Notes: generated from the letters alone by a model not told the origin. 64,000 nucleotides of DNA from Nitrosopumilus sp. (GCA_965238275.1 OZ250186.1:1472001-1536000); one strand, 5' to 3'. Positions 9,217 through 20,231 are shown, counted from the first letter of the stretch. Translations and numbers: made by a program.

Positions 9217-9594
9217 CTATTCTGAAAACTTTCTTACTATCGGCAGGCAGGAGTCGATGATCCTGAGCATCTCTGATCTGATCACCTTTTTGTCAATTGA
9301 CAGCCACACCCTCAAGGATCCTACCCCAAAGGAGATCGTCTGAACCCTTCTTCTCTCCTCCCAGACAAACTCCACCTCTCCAAGACTCGTGTCAAAGGAA
9401 TGTTCCATGCCCGTCTTTACGGCAATGTGTGCAAACTGGCGCGTGGTATTCTGCTGGTTTAGCAGCGGCACCATGTTCGACCTCCTCCTGTACGCCAAAA
9501 GATGGCCGTCCCCGTCTATGACGCCCACAAACCTGATGTACGGGCTGATTGTTGCAATCTCGCTGCAAATGTCATCAAAGGCTTGCTCCGTCAT
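9217..9594 (-). CDS. DUF6659/roadblock-like thaumarchaeal protein
   Basis: IRFVGVID...LGEVEF...RRRV pattern, similar to the paralog at 60953. Confidence 0.65.
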   Translation of the reverse strand: MTEQAFDDICSEIATISPYIRFVGVIDGDGHLLAYRRRSNMVPLLNQQNTTRQFAHIAVKTGMEHSFDTSLGEVEFVWEERRRVQTISFGVGSLRVWLSIDKKVIRSEMLRIIDSCLPIVRKFSE

Positions 9595-9844
9595 ACCATT
9601 CCCATCAGAGCATAATATTTTAATCCTTATCCAGAGACGGGCTTGCAGGATTGCCGGAAAGGCCTCAAAATCACACTTTGGCGTGATTCTGGCAATCTCC
9701 GGACTGCGCAAAAACTTGACATGGTTGCCGGTAGTGTGGACTGGAACGTGTCCATTCTTTTAATAACGCCCGGACTGAATTCGTACGGCGTAACGCACGA
9801 GGCGGCCGTGCATGACTCGTCCGGCCATCCATCCCAGACGGCGG

Positions 9845-10216
9845 CTATGCCCCTTTCCCTATCTCGTTTATCTTGCCTATTATCTGGTCTATGTCGGCAG
9901 GCTTTGTCAGAATTGAGTGGATGCCCTTTTTTTGCAGATCCCTTTCCAGATATCCTGTTCCGAGATAAGAGGCCGTAAACAGCACTATCCTTTGCCGGTC
10001 CATCAGGCCATGCTTGATCAAGGTATCCACCACGTCGGATCCCATAAAGTCCGGCATCGAGAGATCCAGGAACACCATGTCATACGTCTCATTACGGATC
10101 TTCTCAAAGCCCTCCCTGCCTCCGGATGCCGAGTCAAACTCGTGTCCGAGGGACTCGACGGTCATCTCAAGCATCTGTATGATGTCCGGATTGTCGTCCA
10201 CTGCAAGTATCCTCAT
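9845..10216 (-). CDS. Single-domain response regulator (receiver)
   Basis: ILAVDD, FLDLSMP, FTAS, LTKP. Confidence 0.9.
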   Translation of the reverse strand: MRILAVDDNPDIIQMLEMTVESLGHEFDSASGGREGFEKIRNETYDMVFLDLSMPDFMGSDVVDTLIKHGLMDRQRIVLFTASYLGTGYLERDLQKKGIHSILTKPADIDQIIGKINEIGKGA

Positions 10217-10519
10217 GACTTTTTGGAAAAATAGTAAAGTAAAAAAATGCTTCCCTTGCACATGCCGTTCTGGAGGATGTGCCGGATCGCCCTTTGGCAG
10301 TGCATGCAGGCTAGAACCGCGCATGACGGCACAGTACTGCCCCCGATGCGTCACGGCCGCGTCCGGGACTGTCCGGCAGACGCCCTCTTGGGAGGGAGGG
10401 AGGGAGGGATCATGACGTCTGCACGCGGCGTCCGCCATGAGAGGCATTTGGATATCCACGGCTCTTGCAGAACAGCTGCACATAGAGTCTTTTAATTAAC
10501 GCATGAAAGATCCCTGATC

Positions 10520-11161
10520 GTGGACATTGTCGATCTGTTTCCGTTTGCCCCCGAGGTCGGCTATCTGAGCCTTGGACTTGTAAACTTTATCGGCTCGCTT
10601 GTCCCGTTTGTCCCGCTGCCCGGATTCCTGCTGCTTGCAACCATGTCGGTAGGCGACCAGTACGACCTGCACATCCTGGCGATACTCTCTGCTGTTACTG
10701 CCACTGCCGCAAAGCAGATAATATTCTATGCAAGCTACGGGGGGCGACGAATAATCAATGAAAAGACCAGGCGCCGGATGCGGCCGTTTGAGAGGCTGGT
10801 CAAGAGGTATGGTGCGGGGGCCGCGTTCTTTGCAGCAGCCACGCCGATCCCTGACGACCTGGTATACGTCCCGCTGGGCCTTGCCCGGTACAATCCTGCA
10901 CGCTTCTTTGTAGCCACCCTTACCGGAAAGATTGTCCTGAGTTATGTCATCGTGTTTGTATCCCACCACCTGGGCCAGTCTATTGCAGAGCCGTTCCTGG
11001 TGAACATCAACGATGCAACGCCGGTATACATCGGCATCATCATATTTGGCGCCTCGATGAGCGCAGTTGTAATCCTGCTCCTAAAGCTGGACTGGCACAG
11101 AATCCTTGGGAGGGTCGCCCCGTGGACCATTGTTGATGACGATGGTGACGATCGCGACTAG
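10520..11161 (+). CDS. DedA/VTT (SNARE-associated) membrane protein
   Basis: Multiple TM helices, ATPIPDD...PLGL...F...GK motif. Confidence 0.82.
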   Translation: MDIVDLFPFAPEVGYLSLGLVNFIGSLVPFVPLPGFLLLATMSVGDQYDLHILAILSAVTATAAKQIIFYASYGGRRIINEKTRRRMRPFERLVKRYGAGAAFFAAATPIPDDLVYVPLGLARYNPARFFVATLTGKIVLSYVIVFVSHHLGQSIAEPFLVNINDATPVYIGIIIFGASMSAVVILLLKLDWHRILGRVAPWTIVDDDGDDRD

Positions 11162-11718
11162 CAGTAGCCCATCTTAAAGTTCCAGAGCCTGTCTGTCGCC
11201 TTTCTGATTCCCACGCGCGGCGAGGCTGCAATCCTGTCTGCCCTGATGCCCTCTGCAATGAACAGGCGGGGATCTGCCGTCAGGTCGGTCCCGGAGTGTT
11301 CCCGCGTGATGCACAGCGCCTGCGTCAGCTTTGCAGGCCCGTCTGAAAGAATCCTTGCATCGCGGACCCTCCTGTTCTGGAGCATTATGTCCATGCCCCT
11401 CTCGGGCCTGATTGCGCGGATGAGGACCGCGCCTGCCTCGGCCGTCCCGTCCCTTGCCACCACGTTGAAGCAAAAGTGCATCCCATACGTAAAGTAGACG
11501 TATGCCGTGCCCACCTCCCCGAACATCACCCTGTTCCTCTTAGTAACGCCCCTGAATGCGTGGCTTGCAGGATCGTCTTCGTGCCCGTAGGCTTCAGTCT
11601 CCGTGATGATCCCCGAGATCTCGCCGCCGCCTGTCCTCCTGACCAGCCTCTTTCCCAGAAGGGCTCTTGCGGCAGGAACCGTGCCCTGCATGTAAAACTC
11701 CCTAGGAAGAGTATTCAA
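11158..11718 (-). CDS. mpg: DNA-3-methyladenine glycosylase (Mpg/AAG family)
   Basis: ETEAY, YVYFTYGMH, AVLIRA, GPAKL, PRVGI. Confidence 0.92.
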   Translation of the reverse strand: MNTLPREFYMQGTVPAARALLGKRLVRRTGGGEISGIITETEAYGHEDDPASHAFRGVTKRNRVMFGEVGTAYVYFTYGMHFCFNVVARDGTAEAGAVLIRAIRPERGMDIMLQNRRVRDARILSDGPAKLTQALCITREHSGTDLTADPRLFIAEGIRADRIAASPRVGIRKATDRLWNFKMGYC

Positions 11719-12292
11719 TGTCCGCCCTGACATCCATGCCTCTCCTCAGCTCCCCCACTATCTCAAAGAGCCTTGCAATGTCCCCGTTCAGCACGCCGAC
11801 TAGCTCCTGCCTGTACAGGGTGGCTGCCGGGTGCACGGTGAGAAAGTACAGCTGGTTATCCATCCTGCATATCTTGCCCCTGACCTTGCCGATGCCGGTT
11901 CCGCCCAGTATGGAGCCAAACGCGGTATTGCCCATGATGCAGATTATCCTTGGCCTTACTACCTGCATCTCCTCGTCAAGGTGCCTCCTGCACGCCTCCC
12001 TCTCTGCGGCATCCGGGACCCTGTTGTCCGGCGGCCTGCACTTTACAACGTTTGTAATGTATACTGCATTCCTTGACGTTCCTGCAGCCTCCAGCGCCTG
12101 GGAGAGCCTCTGGCCTGCGGCGCCGACAAACGGCTGGCCCCTCATGTCCTCCGTCCTCCCGGGGGCCTCCCCGATGAACATGACGTCTGATGCAGGATTC
12201 CCGACTCCCGGGACTGCGCGGATCCTGGTCTTGCAAAGCTTGCATCCGGTACAGGATACGACCTCCTGCCTTAGAACCTCCAGCCTGTCCAT
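11702..12292 (-). CDS. udg: Uracil-DNA glycosylase family 4
   Basis: CxxCxL Fe-S motif, GEAPG, NVVKCRPP, HPA. Confidence 0.93.
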   Translation of the reverse strand: MDRLEVLRQEVVSCTGCKLCKTRIRAVPGVGNPASDVMFIGEAPGRTEDMRGQPFVGAAGQRLSQALEAAGTSRNAVYITNVVKCRPPDNRVPDAAEREACRRHLDEEMQVVRPRIICIMGNTAFGSILGGTGIGKVRGKICRMDNQLYFLTVHPAATLYRQELVGVLNGDIARLFEIVGELRRGMDVRADIEYSS

Positions 12293-13701
12293 TAGCCTGC
12301 GCTCCTGACTGTCGCCGTTCCCCGGATCGTGGGGCCGCCGTTTCCCATCACCATGGCCTGCATCGGATCGCCCTTGCCGCAGTTGGTGATCGGCCTTACG
12401 GCAAAGTCGTTCCCGCACGCATCAATTGACTGAAAGAACTCCGGGGCATTTCCCACCACTATCACGTCCCTGCACAGGTCCGTTATGGCGCCGTCCTCTA
12501 TCCTGTGCGCATACTGGCACGAGATGCTCCAGTTGTACCGCCTCATGTCGATTGATGGCACCTTCATGTTCGATATCAGGTATCCGCTTTTGACCCCTTT
12601 TATTATCTCCTCCGGGCTCTGGGTGCCGCCCCCGATGCAGGTGCAGGCCATGCGGATGAGCGGCATGTGCCTATAGTCTGCAGCCCTCATGTTTCCAGTC
12701 GGCTTAGTGCCAAAGACGCTCCCCGTCTCCCTGCTCTGCATGTGGCCTGTCAGGACCCCGTCCTGCACAAGGGGCGTCCTCTCCGTCCTGACCCCCTCGT
12801 CGTCAAACCGGTACCATCCCAGGCTTCTGCTGATGGTGGGATCGTCAAACACGTTGAGCTCCTCTGAGCCGATCCTCTGGCCCGTCATGCCCTTCCACCA
12901 TGCGCCGCCGGCCCATGCCATCTCCCTTCCAAGCACCCTGTCAGCCTCTGAGGGGTGGCCCAGTATCTCATGGGCAAGCAGCGCCACAAAGTCCGGATTC
13001 ATCACCACAGTCGTCGCGGCCTTGGACTCTGCTGCCGGCCCCGCCCTGGTCAGCTGTGATGCCTTTTGTGCAATGTCCTGTGCGGTATGGTATATCCTGT
13101 CATGGTCTGTTATCATCTCCATTCCCCCCCTTCCGCCCTCGGTGGCATCCACTGACTGCGTCAGCCCGGAATCGTGTGCGGTGGCGGCCATGTGTGCCGT
13201 CACGTCAGTAAAGTTTTGCAGAATCCCTGCACCCTCGCTGCTTGCAAAGTATTTTGAACACCTGGAGTACTGCGGGACCACAGTCGACTTTATGACCCCC
13301 GGGACATCGAGCATCGCCTTGCCGCACCGCACCCCAATCCGTACCATCTCCTCCATGTCCGGCCTCTTCAAAACCGGATAGTCCACATTGGCCTTTACGG
13401 CGGTACCCGGATACAGGCCTATCCCGGGGCCTGACGGCTTTTCCAGGATGCCGTCTATGCCGCACCTGACCTGCTCAAATGACTGCGGGCATGTAACTGA
13501 AAAGAACCCCCACGAGCCGGATCCTGCCAGCCTCACCCCGATGCCCATGTCCCTGGCAATGCTGGCATGGTCGGCCTGGCCGTCTTCAATCCGCACCGCA
13601 CCCCTCTCGTACTCTTCTGCCCTGGCGTCGCAGTACCTGGCACCAGAGTCTGCAGCATACCTTACTGCCCTGTCTGCCATCTCCTGCAGGTCCTGGTTCA
13701 T
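12292..13701 (-). CDS. tldD: TldD-family metalloprotease
   Basis: HEILGHPSEAD, DDEG, NCGKGDPMQ. Confidence 0.9.
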   Translation of the reverse strand: MNQDLQEMADRAVRYAADSGARYCDARAEEYERGAVRIEDGQADHASIARDMGIGVRLAGSGSWGFFSVTCPQSFEQVRCGIDGILEKPSGPGIGLYPGTAVKANVDYPVLKRPDMEEMVRIGVRCGKAMLDVPGVIKSTVVPQYSRCSKYFASSEGAGILQNFTDVTAHMAATAHDSGLTQSVDATEGGRGGMEMITDHDRIYHTAQDIAQKASQLTRAGPAAESKAATTVVMNPDFVALLAHEILGHPSEADRVLGREMAWAGGAWWKGMTGQRIGSEELNVFDDPTISRSLGWYRFDDEGVRTERTPLVQDGVLTGHMQSRETGSVFGTKPTGNMRAADYRHMPLIRMACTCIGGGTQSPEEIIKGVKSGYLISNMKVPSIDMRRYNWSISCQYAHRIEDGAITDLCRDVIVVGNAPEFFQSIDACGNDFAVRPITNCGKGDPMQAMVMGNGGPTIRGTATVRSAG

Positions 13702-13738
13702 ATCCTACGTGGGATGCATGCACTGGTAAGTCTTTTGC

Positions 13739-13873
13739 TCACCTGCTCGATATGGCAGGCATGGTAAAATAGTACTCGTCTTCAAAGCCGTAGTCGGTGG
13801 CGCATCTTTTCCGCAGGTACTCAAAGTATTCTGCGCAATCCCTGTAGAACCGGTGGTTTCTGTCTGGCTGCAT
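13739..13873 (-). CDS. 44-aa hypothetical microprotein
   Basis: MQPDRNHRFYRDCAEYFEYLRKRCATDYGFEDEYYFTMPAISSR, translated by hand, directly upstream of tldD. Confidence 0.5.
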   Translation of the reverse strand: MQPDRNHRFYRDCAEYFEYLRKRCATDYGFEDEYYFTMPAISSR

Positions 13874-14056
13874 GGCATGTATTCTGGAATGAGGCTTTTT
13901 CTGACAGTGTAAGTAATTTTAGTCTGGCAGGTCTGTTTTCTTCAAGCATTCTGGAGTGGCCCGGCAGGCGCCTCTCCTGGGGCACGGCCCCCCGGCTCCC
14001 CGCAAGACTGCCTTAGAAAGGTAATTTAGGGCGCCTGCCGTGCCCATGAGCATACA

Positions 14057-15898
14057 ATGTCCAAAATAGTGACAGACACAAGCGTCATAATCAACGGCCA
14101 GCTTATTGCCCAGATAGAGTCCGGCTCCATACGCAACTCCGAGATCATCATACCGCAGGCAGTCGTTGACGAGCTGCAGTCCCAGGCATCCATGAACAGG
14201 GAGCAGGGGTTTGAAGGGCTCAAGAAGATGCAGAGGCTTGCAGACATATCGGGCAGCTACGGCCTGCAGGTTGCGACACGCGGGGATCACCCGTCAGGCG
14301 ATGACATCGTGCTTGCCGCCGGGGGGAGAATAGACGCCCTTGTCATCGACATGGCCAGGGACAGCGGGGCAACACTCTACACGTCAGACCGCGTCCAGCA
14401 TCTGGTGGCCCGGGCGCAGGGAATCCAGACCGTCCTTTTGAGGGATGATGCCGGCCACAGCACGACCCTGGAATTCCTAAAGTTCTTTGACCCTGAGACC
14501 ATGAGCGTGCACCTCAAGGAGAACCAGAAGCCCATGGCAAAGCGGGGACGGCCGGGCGCGTTTCTGCTGGATGTAATCGGCGACGAGGCGCTGTCTGCAG
14601 AATACCTGAATGTCATCTCCTCGCAGATGCTGGACATGGCTGCTGCCTCAGACGACGGCACAGTCGAGATCTCAAAGACCGGGGCGTCTGTCGTACAGTA
14701 TCTGGACTACCGCATAGTCATAACGCGCCCGCCGTTTTCAGAATCAATCGAGATAACAATAGTGCACCCGATAGCAAAACTCACCCTTGAGGACTATTCG
14801 GTATCTGACAAGCTGATGATGCGCCTTACTGACAGGGCGGAGGGAATCGTGATATCCGGCGCGCCCGGTTCCGGCAAGAGCACGTTTGCCTCGAGCATTG
14901 GAAACTTTTACCACCAGCAGGGCAAGATAGTCAAGACGTTCGAGTCTCCAAGGGATCTGCAGGTTGATTCGGGAGTCACCCAGTACGGCAAGCTTGACGG
15001 CAGCTTTGAGAATGCAGCCGACATCCTGCTGCTTGTGCGCCCGGACTATACCATATTTGACGAGGTAAGGCGGCGGGAGGACTTTGGAACGTTTGCAGAC
15101 ATGAGGATGTCCGGGGTCGGGCTGGTGGGGGTGATCCATGCAAACTCGCCCCTGGATGCAATCCAGCGATTCATAGGCAAGATTGAACTTGGAATAATCC
15201 CCAACGTTTTGGATACTGTAATCTTTGTGATGGACGGCAGGATCAAAAAGGTCTACGACCTGGAGCTGAAGGTAAAGGTCCCCTCGGGAATGACCGAGTC
15301 TGATCTGGCAAGGCCGGTGATAGAGGTACGGGACTTTGATGACAACACGCTTGAGCATGAGATCTATACGTTTGGAGAGGAGAACGTAATCGTGCCGGTC
15401 GCAGGCAAGTCCCAAAAGGCGGGCCTCCAAAAGCTTGCAGAAGAGAGGATCAAGGACACCTTCCGGATGTATGATCCGGGCGCGCAGGTGGAACTGGTAT
15501 CTGAGAACAGGGCAAGGGTGTCGGTGGACGAGCGGTCCATCAGGTCCATCATCGGCCGCGGCGGCTCCAACATCGAGTCGATTCAAAAGCTCCTCAACAT
15601 CCATGTTGACATCGTCAAGAAGGAGTCCGGGAATGATGGTGCTGCCGCCGCTGCCGCTGCTGCAGAGTCCGGCGATCTTCCGTTCACCTTCTCAGAGTCG
15701 CGGGGCGCGGTGTTTTTGACTGTCAGCAAGAGGTACGCCTCGATGCATGCAGACATCTATGCAGGCGGTGAGTGCCTGGGGCCCGTACGGATAGGCAGGC
15801 GGGGGCAGATAAAGATCCCGCGCCACTCTGAGACTGCCCGCGAGATCACCGGCCTGAAGTCGTCTGATGACATCCGGGTATGCCTTAGAGACTACTGA
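14057..15898 (+). CDS. PIN-domain P-loop ATPase with KH domain (PINA-type)
   Basis: N-terminal PIN (VTDTSVI), GAPGSGKST, RPDYTIFDE, KH motif IIGRGG. Confidence 0.9.
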   Translation: MSKIVTDTSVIINGQLIAQIESGSIRNSEIIIPQAVVDELQSQASMNREQGFEGLKKMQRLADISGSYGLQVATRGDHPSGDDIVLAAGGRIDALVIDMARDSGATLYTSDRVQHLVARAQGIQTVLLRDDAGHSTTLEFLKFFDPETMSVHLKENQKPMAKRGRPGAFLLDVIGDEALSAEYLNVISSQMLDMAAASDDGTVEISKTGASVVQYLDYRIVITRPPFSESIEITIVHPIAKLTLEDYSVSDKLMMRLTDRAEGIVISGAPGSGKSTFASSIGNFYHQQGKIVKTFESPRDLQVDSGVTQYGKLDGSFENAADILLLVRPDYTIFDEVRRREDFGTFADMRMSGVGLVGVIHANSPLDAIQRFIGKIELGIIPNVLDTVIFVMDGRIKKVYDLELKVKVPSGMTESDLARPVIEVRDFDDNTLEHEIYTFGEENVIVPVAGKSQKAGLQKLAEERIKDTFRMYDPGAQVELVSENRARVSVDERSIRSIIGRGGSNIESIQKLLNIHVDIVKKESGNDGAAAAAAAAESGDLPFTFSESRGAVFLTVSKRYASMHADIYAGGECLGPVRIGRRGQIKIPRHSETAREITGLKSSDDIRVCLRDY

Positions 15899-16349
15899 AT
15901 TCCTTGATGATCCCCGGGTTTGATTTCAGAAACGCGACAAACTTTCCCAGCTGCCTTGTCGTCTTTGGGTTGAGATGGTGCTCGATTCCCTCGGCATCCT
16001 GGCTTGCCGTCTCATACTCTATTCCCAGCATCTCAAAAAACTCCAGCAGCGTACTGTGCTTCTGCCTGATTCCCTCTGCCACCTGCGCCCCCTTGCGCGT
16101 CAGGTTGATGCCGTGATACTTTTCATACTCTAGAAACCCGTTCTCGTCAAGCCGCTTGAGCATCTTGGTCACGCTTGGCGCGCTGACGTTCATGTACATT
16201 GAGACATCCTGCATGGTCGCATACCCTTTCAACTCTACCAGCTCGGAGATTATCTCCAGATAGTCCTCCATCCTGGTGCTTGACTTGGTCCTCTCCAAGC
16301 GGTGGGCGGCCTTGATTGAGTCAAGCCTTCTTACGCTCTTGTCACTCAT
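15885..16349 (-). CDS. DtxR/MntR-family metal-dependent repressor
   Basis: EDYLE, SAPSVTKM, AEGIEHH. Confidence 0.9.
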   Translation of the reverse strand: MSDKSVRRLDSIKAAHRLERTKSSTRMEDYLEIISELVELKGYATMQDVSMYMNVSAPSVTKMLKRLDENGFLEYEKYHGINLTRKGAQVAEGIRQKHSTLLEFFEMLGIEYETASQDAEGIEHHLNPKTTRQLGKFVAFLKSNPGIIKEFSSL

Positions 16350-16643
16350 CTGATCTATTTGGACGATCCTAGTATAATTGGATGTCTCCTTCAGTCGTGC
16401 ATGCTCGGACAGCCCCAAAACCGGGCATGACTGCTTGCAGAATTAATCGTACCCGCCTTTGGCCCAACGAATGCCGCCACCCTGTCTCCTGCATGGTGCC
16501 TCCCCCTCCCCCGTGACTCCCTCCGGACCGGCATGCACGTGTTTCCTGGGCGGGCTGTACGGCATGACACCCTGGAAGTTTTGTTATCCTTTGTTGACCT
16601 TGTAGTGATCGTATTTGATCATTGAATCTTAACTATTCATTCC

Positions 16644-17009
16644 ATGATGGCATACTGTATGGATGATCCTCTAAAGGAACGACTGGACAAGCTTAGACGG
16701 CATTCTGCATCCGTGCACAGGATGGCAGACATGTACTCTGATGTTGCCCAGATGGACGACCGGCACGTGGCCGGCTCGCTTGGCGCACTTAACAAAGCCC
16801 CGGCACCTGGCAAAAAACTCCAAAAGATCGGACTGGCCATGATCTGGATTCCGGAGCCAACCTTTGTCAGCTGCGCAGTCGGCGGCGCCATGATTGCAAC
16901 AGGCAGGTATTTTGACAAAAAGTACAACGGCACAACCATTACCGATATAGGCCATGAGACAAAAAATACAATCGGCGCCATTCGCGGCTTCAAGGAATCC
17001 GTATTCTGA
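16644..17009 (+). CDS. Hypothetical protein with hydrophobic hairpin
   Basis: ORF following an AT-rich promoter-like tract; IGLAMIWIPEP...GGAMIA. Confidence 0.6.
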   Translation: MMAYCMDDPLKERLDKLRRHSASVHRMADMYSDVAQMDDRHVAGSLGALNKAPAPGKKLQKIGLAMIWIPEPTFVSCAVGGAMIATGRYFDKKYNGTTITDIGHETKNTIGAIRGFKESVF

Positions 17010-17100
17010 CCTGTCTGACATACGCAGATCCCACACCCTGGCATGCCGACTGCACACCCTGGCAGCCTAGTTTTAAAAAGGGGACGCCCCAACCTAGTCT

Positions 17101-17592
17101 GTGACCACCAGGACACAGGCACTGGTGCCAATCACGATTGCCGCTGTGATAATTGGCATTGTAGGGCTGATATCCATCCCAAGCGAAAGCAAGCTCGAAT
17201 CAGTCGAGTTTCCCAGGGGAACAATCCTGATAGACGACATCCCCCTCGAGGTCCAGATTGCAGACACTGACCCGAGGCGGGTCCGGGGACTGATGTTCCA
17301 GGATCAGCTCCCGTATGATCAGGGCATGATATTTGTCTTTGACGACCCGGGCATCCATTCCATCTGGATGCTCAACATGCAGTTCCCCCTTGACATGATC
17401 TGGTTTGATCAGGACGGCACGGTGGTCCATATAGCAGAGGACGTTCCGCCGTGCAGGACCGCCCTTGAGATTACGACATGCACAAGTATCGTCCCTGACG
17501 GTGAGGCATTCTACGTCCTTGAAGTCACGGCCGGATTTGTCCAGCAGAACAACATCACCAAGGATTCGGTATTGAGCATCATCTCAATCTAG
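17101..17592 (+). CDS. DUF192 family protein
   Basis: RGLMF, GMIFVF, WMLNMQFPLD, YVLEV. Confidence 0.9.
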   Translation: MTTRTQALVPITIAAVIIGIVGLISIPSESKLESVEFPRGTILIDDIPLEVQIADTDPRRVRGLMFQDQLPYDQGMIFVFDDPGIHSIWMLNMQFPLDMIWFDQDGTVVHIAEDVPPCRTALEITTCTSIVPDGEAFYVLEVTAGFVQQNNITKDSVLSIISI

Positions 17593-17765
17593 AATCCGCA
17601 GACGCCCCGGCCTTGGAAACCGTACCCTGGTTCCCTACCCGAACCCGACTGGGGATGTGATGCAGACGCATCAAGCCATGCGTAAGTAATCCTGTAAATA
17701 CTGACGAATTCCAACCGCCCGCGGGATTCAGCGGCATTAATATATGATCACATGCGGACGACAAC

Positions 17766-20231
17766 ATGATGAAATGGCTGGTGGCAGTACCGATTATTCT
17801 TGGTGTGGCAGTGTTTGGCGAAGCGTTTGCCGAACAGGGCACGTACGTGGATTCCATCAAGTTCATCCAGTATCTGGATGAGAACATAGCGCTGGAGGAG
17901 GTCCGGAATGGAAACCTGGACATCTACTACTGGACAATTCCCTCAGACAGGCTGGAGGGCAAGGATGCCCAGCGGGGGCTGCACGTGTTTAACTCTACTG
18001 GCGGCTCGTTTAGCATGCTTGTAAATCCGGCCGAGACCGAGCAGTTCAACCCATTTGCCGACAGGGATGCCAGATTTGCACTGAACTATCTGGTGGACAG
18101 GAAGCTGTTTGTAAACGAGCTGATGGGAGGGTTTGGCGCGCCAACCGTGTCATACTATGATCCGTCACATCCGGAGTACCTGACAATCATCGAGCAGGTG
18201 GAGGGGTTTAACTTTGTATACAATCCGGCGCTTGCAGAAGAGATCATTTCAAAATCCATGATTGAGCGGGGGGCAGTCAAGGCCGACGGCATGTGGCTGG
18301 CAGACTCCGCGCCAGTCGAGATTACAATATTTATCCGAAGCGACGATCCAATCAGGAAATCAATAGGCGCGATTCTGGCATCAGAGCTGGAAAGGATAGG
18401 GTTCACAGTCTCCAGGGATTTTGGTGATCTCAACAAGGCGTTTGCCGTAGTTTATGGCTCGGATCCGGCAGGCCTGCAATGGCACCTGTACACGGAGGGA
18501 TGGGGCAGTTCTGCGTTTGTAAGGTATGACTCTGTCGGAATCGGACAGATGTATGCCCCGTGGTTCTCAAGCATGCCAGGATTCAACGATCCGACGTACT
18601 GGAACTATGAAAATGAGAAACTGGACTCCCTGACCCAGAAGATATACACCGGAAACTATTCGGACGCCGAAGAGAGGGCCTCCCTGATCCAGGACGGGGT
18701 CACCGAAGGCATTTCAGAGTCCGTGAGGATCTTTCTTGCAAGCAACACCGACCAGTATGTGGTGAATGAGGGCACCTCGGGCATAATCAACGACTTTGGC
18801 GCAGGAGTTCCAAGCAGGTTTACCCCGATTAACGCAAGAAGCGATGACGGAGACATCGCCATAGGAGTCAAGCACATCTACCAGGGATCGTGGAATCCGG
18901 TGGCCGGCCTGACAGACCTCTACAGCAATCACATATGGGGCATCCTGTCGGATCCTGCAACATTCAAGCATCCGTACACCGGGGAGACGTTTCCTGTAAG
19001 GGCAGACTACCAAATTGAGACTGCGGGGCCGGACGGCAAGCTGGATCTTCCGGACGGGGCAATAACATGGGATCCGCAGCTGCAGGAGTGGACCAGTGTG
19101 CCGCACAACGCGTCTGCGACAAGCAAGGCGACATTTGACTTCAAGTTCAGCAAATGGCACAACGGCGAATGGATGGACATGAACGATATCATGTACTCGC
19201 TTTATTTCGTGATGGAGTGGGGAAGCGAGGCCGGTGAAAACGACAAGACGTTTGATTCGTCATTTACGCCAAGGGCCTCCCAGTATACCCAGACCATAAT
19301 CGGCGTAAACCCCGTCGATGCTGACACCATCGAGGTCTACGTGGACTATTGGCACTTTGATGAAAACGAGATTGCAGACTGGGCCGCATTGTGGAGCTCC
19401 GTACCGTGGGAGATCACAGCGGCCATGGAAGACGTGGTGATTGACGGAAAGGCGTCATTTTCAAGATCAGCTGCCACAAGCAAGGGCATCAGCTGGCTTT
19501 CGCTGCTGATTCCAAACGATGCAGGCCTCGTAAGGGAGTCCCTGCTGGAGTTCAGCGATGAGGGACATGTGCCTGCTGCACTGGACGGCCTGGGTGCAAG
19601 ATACCTTCAGGACAGGTACGGCGCATCTGCGGCATGGATTGCAGAAAACGACCATGCGGTGATAAGCAACGGTCCGTTCTACCTGGATTCGTACAGTCCT
19701 GAGGCAAGGACAATCCGCGTCAGCGCGTTTGATGACGAGTCATACCCGTTCCCGGCAGGCCAGTGGTCAAAGTTTGAGGAGGTCAAGTTCCCCACCATCC
19801 GATATGCAGACGTAGCAGACATCGTTCAAAAGGGAGAGGCCCTTGAGATCGAGATAGGCACCGAAGGCGCAGACTCAGTCATCTACTTTCTGACAAGCAG
19901 CAGCGGGGAGGTAATATCCCAGACACAGGAGATAAGTGCAGACCGTACTGTAATCACAGTGTCTGCAGAGGACACGCAAAGCCTTGGAATCGGCGCAGGC
20001 AACATCAAGATATTTGCAGCATCCGAGTCGGTCCTAAAACCTGACTTTTACGAGTCAAGTTTTCTTGTAGTTGATGACAGCGCTATTCTGCCCACCCAAA
20101 TCACAACTGAAATTGAAGTTGTGGAGGCTGAACCCGAGTACGGGATATGGATTGCCCTCTTGGTCGCAATAACAATCGGAATCGGCGCATATCTCGGCGT
20201 CTACAAGAGACGGCAATCCGTGAAGGCATAA
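17766..20231 (+). CDS. ABC transporter substrate-binding protein, family 5 (peptide/nickel), membrane anchored
   Basis: Signal peptide, NPF...RFALNYLVDR, WHNG, SNGPFYL, C-terminal TM helix. Confidence 0.88.
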   Translation: MMKWLVAVPIILGVAVFGEAFAEQGTYVDSIKFIQYLDENIALEEVRNGNLDIYYWTIPSDRLEGKDAQRGLHVFNSTGGSFSMLVNPAETEQFNPFADRDARFALNYLVDRKLFVNELMGGFGAPTVSYYDPSHPEYLTIIEQVEGFNFVYNPALAEEIISKSMIERGAVKADGMWLADSAPVEITIFIRSDDPIRKSIGAILASELERIGFTVSRDFGDLNKAFAVVYGSDPAGLQWHLYTEGWGSSAFVRYDSVGIGQMYAPWFSSMPGFNDPTYWNYENEKLDSLTQKIYTGNYSDAEERASLIQDGVTEGISESVRIFLASNTDQYVVNEGTSGIINDFGAGVPSRFTPINARSDDGDIAIGVKHIYQGSWNPVAGLTDLYSNHIWGILSDPATFKHPYTGETFPVRADYQIETAGPDGKLDLPDGAITWDPQLQEWTSVPHNASATSKATFDFKFSKWHNGEWMDMNDIMYSLYFVMEWGSEAGENDKTFDSSFTPRASQYTQTIIGVNPVDADTIEVYVDYWHFDENEIADWAALWSSVPWEITAAMEDVVIDGKASFSRSAATSKGISWLSLLIPNDAGLVRESLLEFSDEGHVPAALDGLGARYLQDRYGASAAWIAENDHAVISNGPFYLDSYSPEARTIRVSAFDDESYPFPAGQWSKFEEVKFPTIRYADVADIVQKGEALEIEIGTEGADSVIYFLTSSSGEVISQTQEISADRTVITVSAEDTQSLGIGAGNIKIFAASESVLKPDFYESSFLVVDDSAILPTQITTEIEVVEAEPEYGIWIALLVAITIGIGAYLGVYKRRQSVKA

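Noticed and set aside
11158-12292. Mpg + UDG (and Tag at 60 kb) as an anti-phage glycosylase system
   Set aside because: All have canonical base-excision-repair motifs and lie in core operon-like context.
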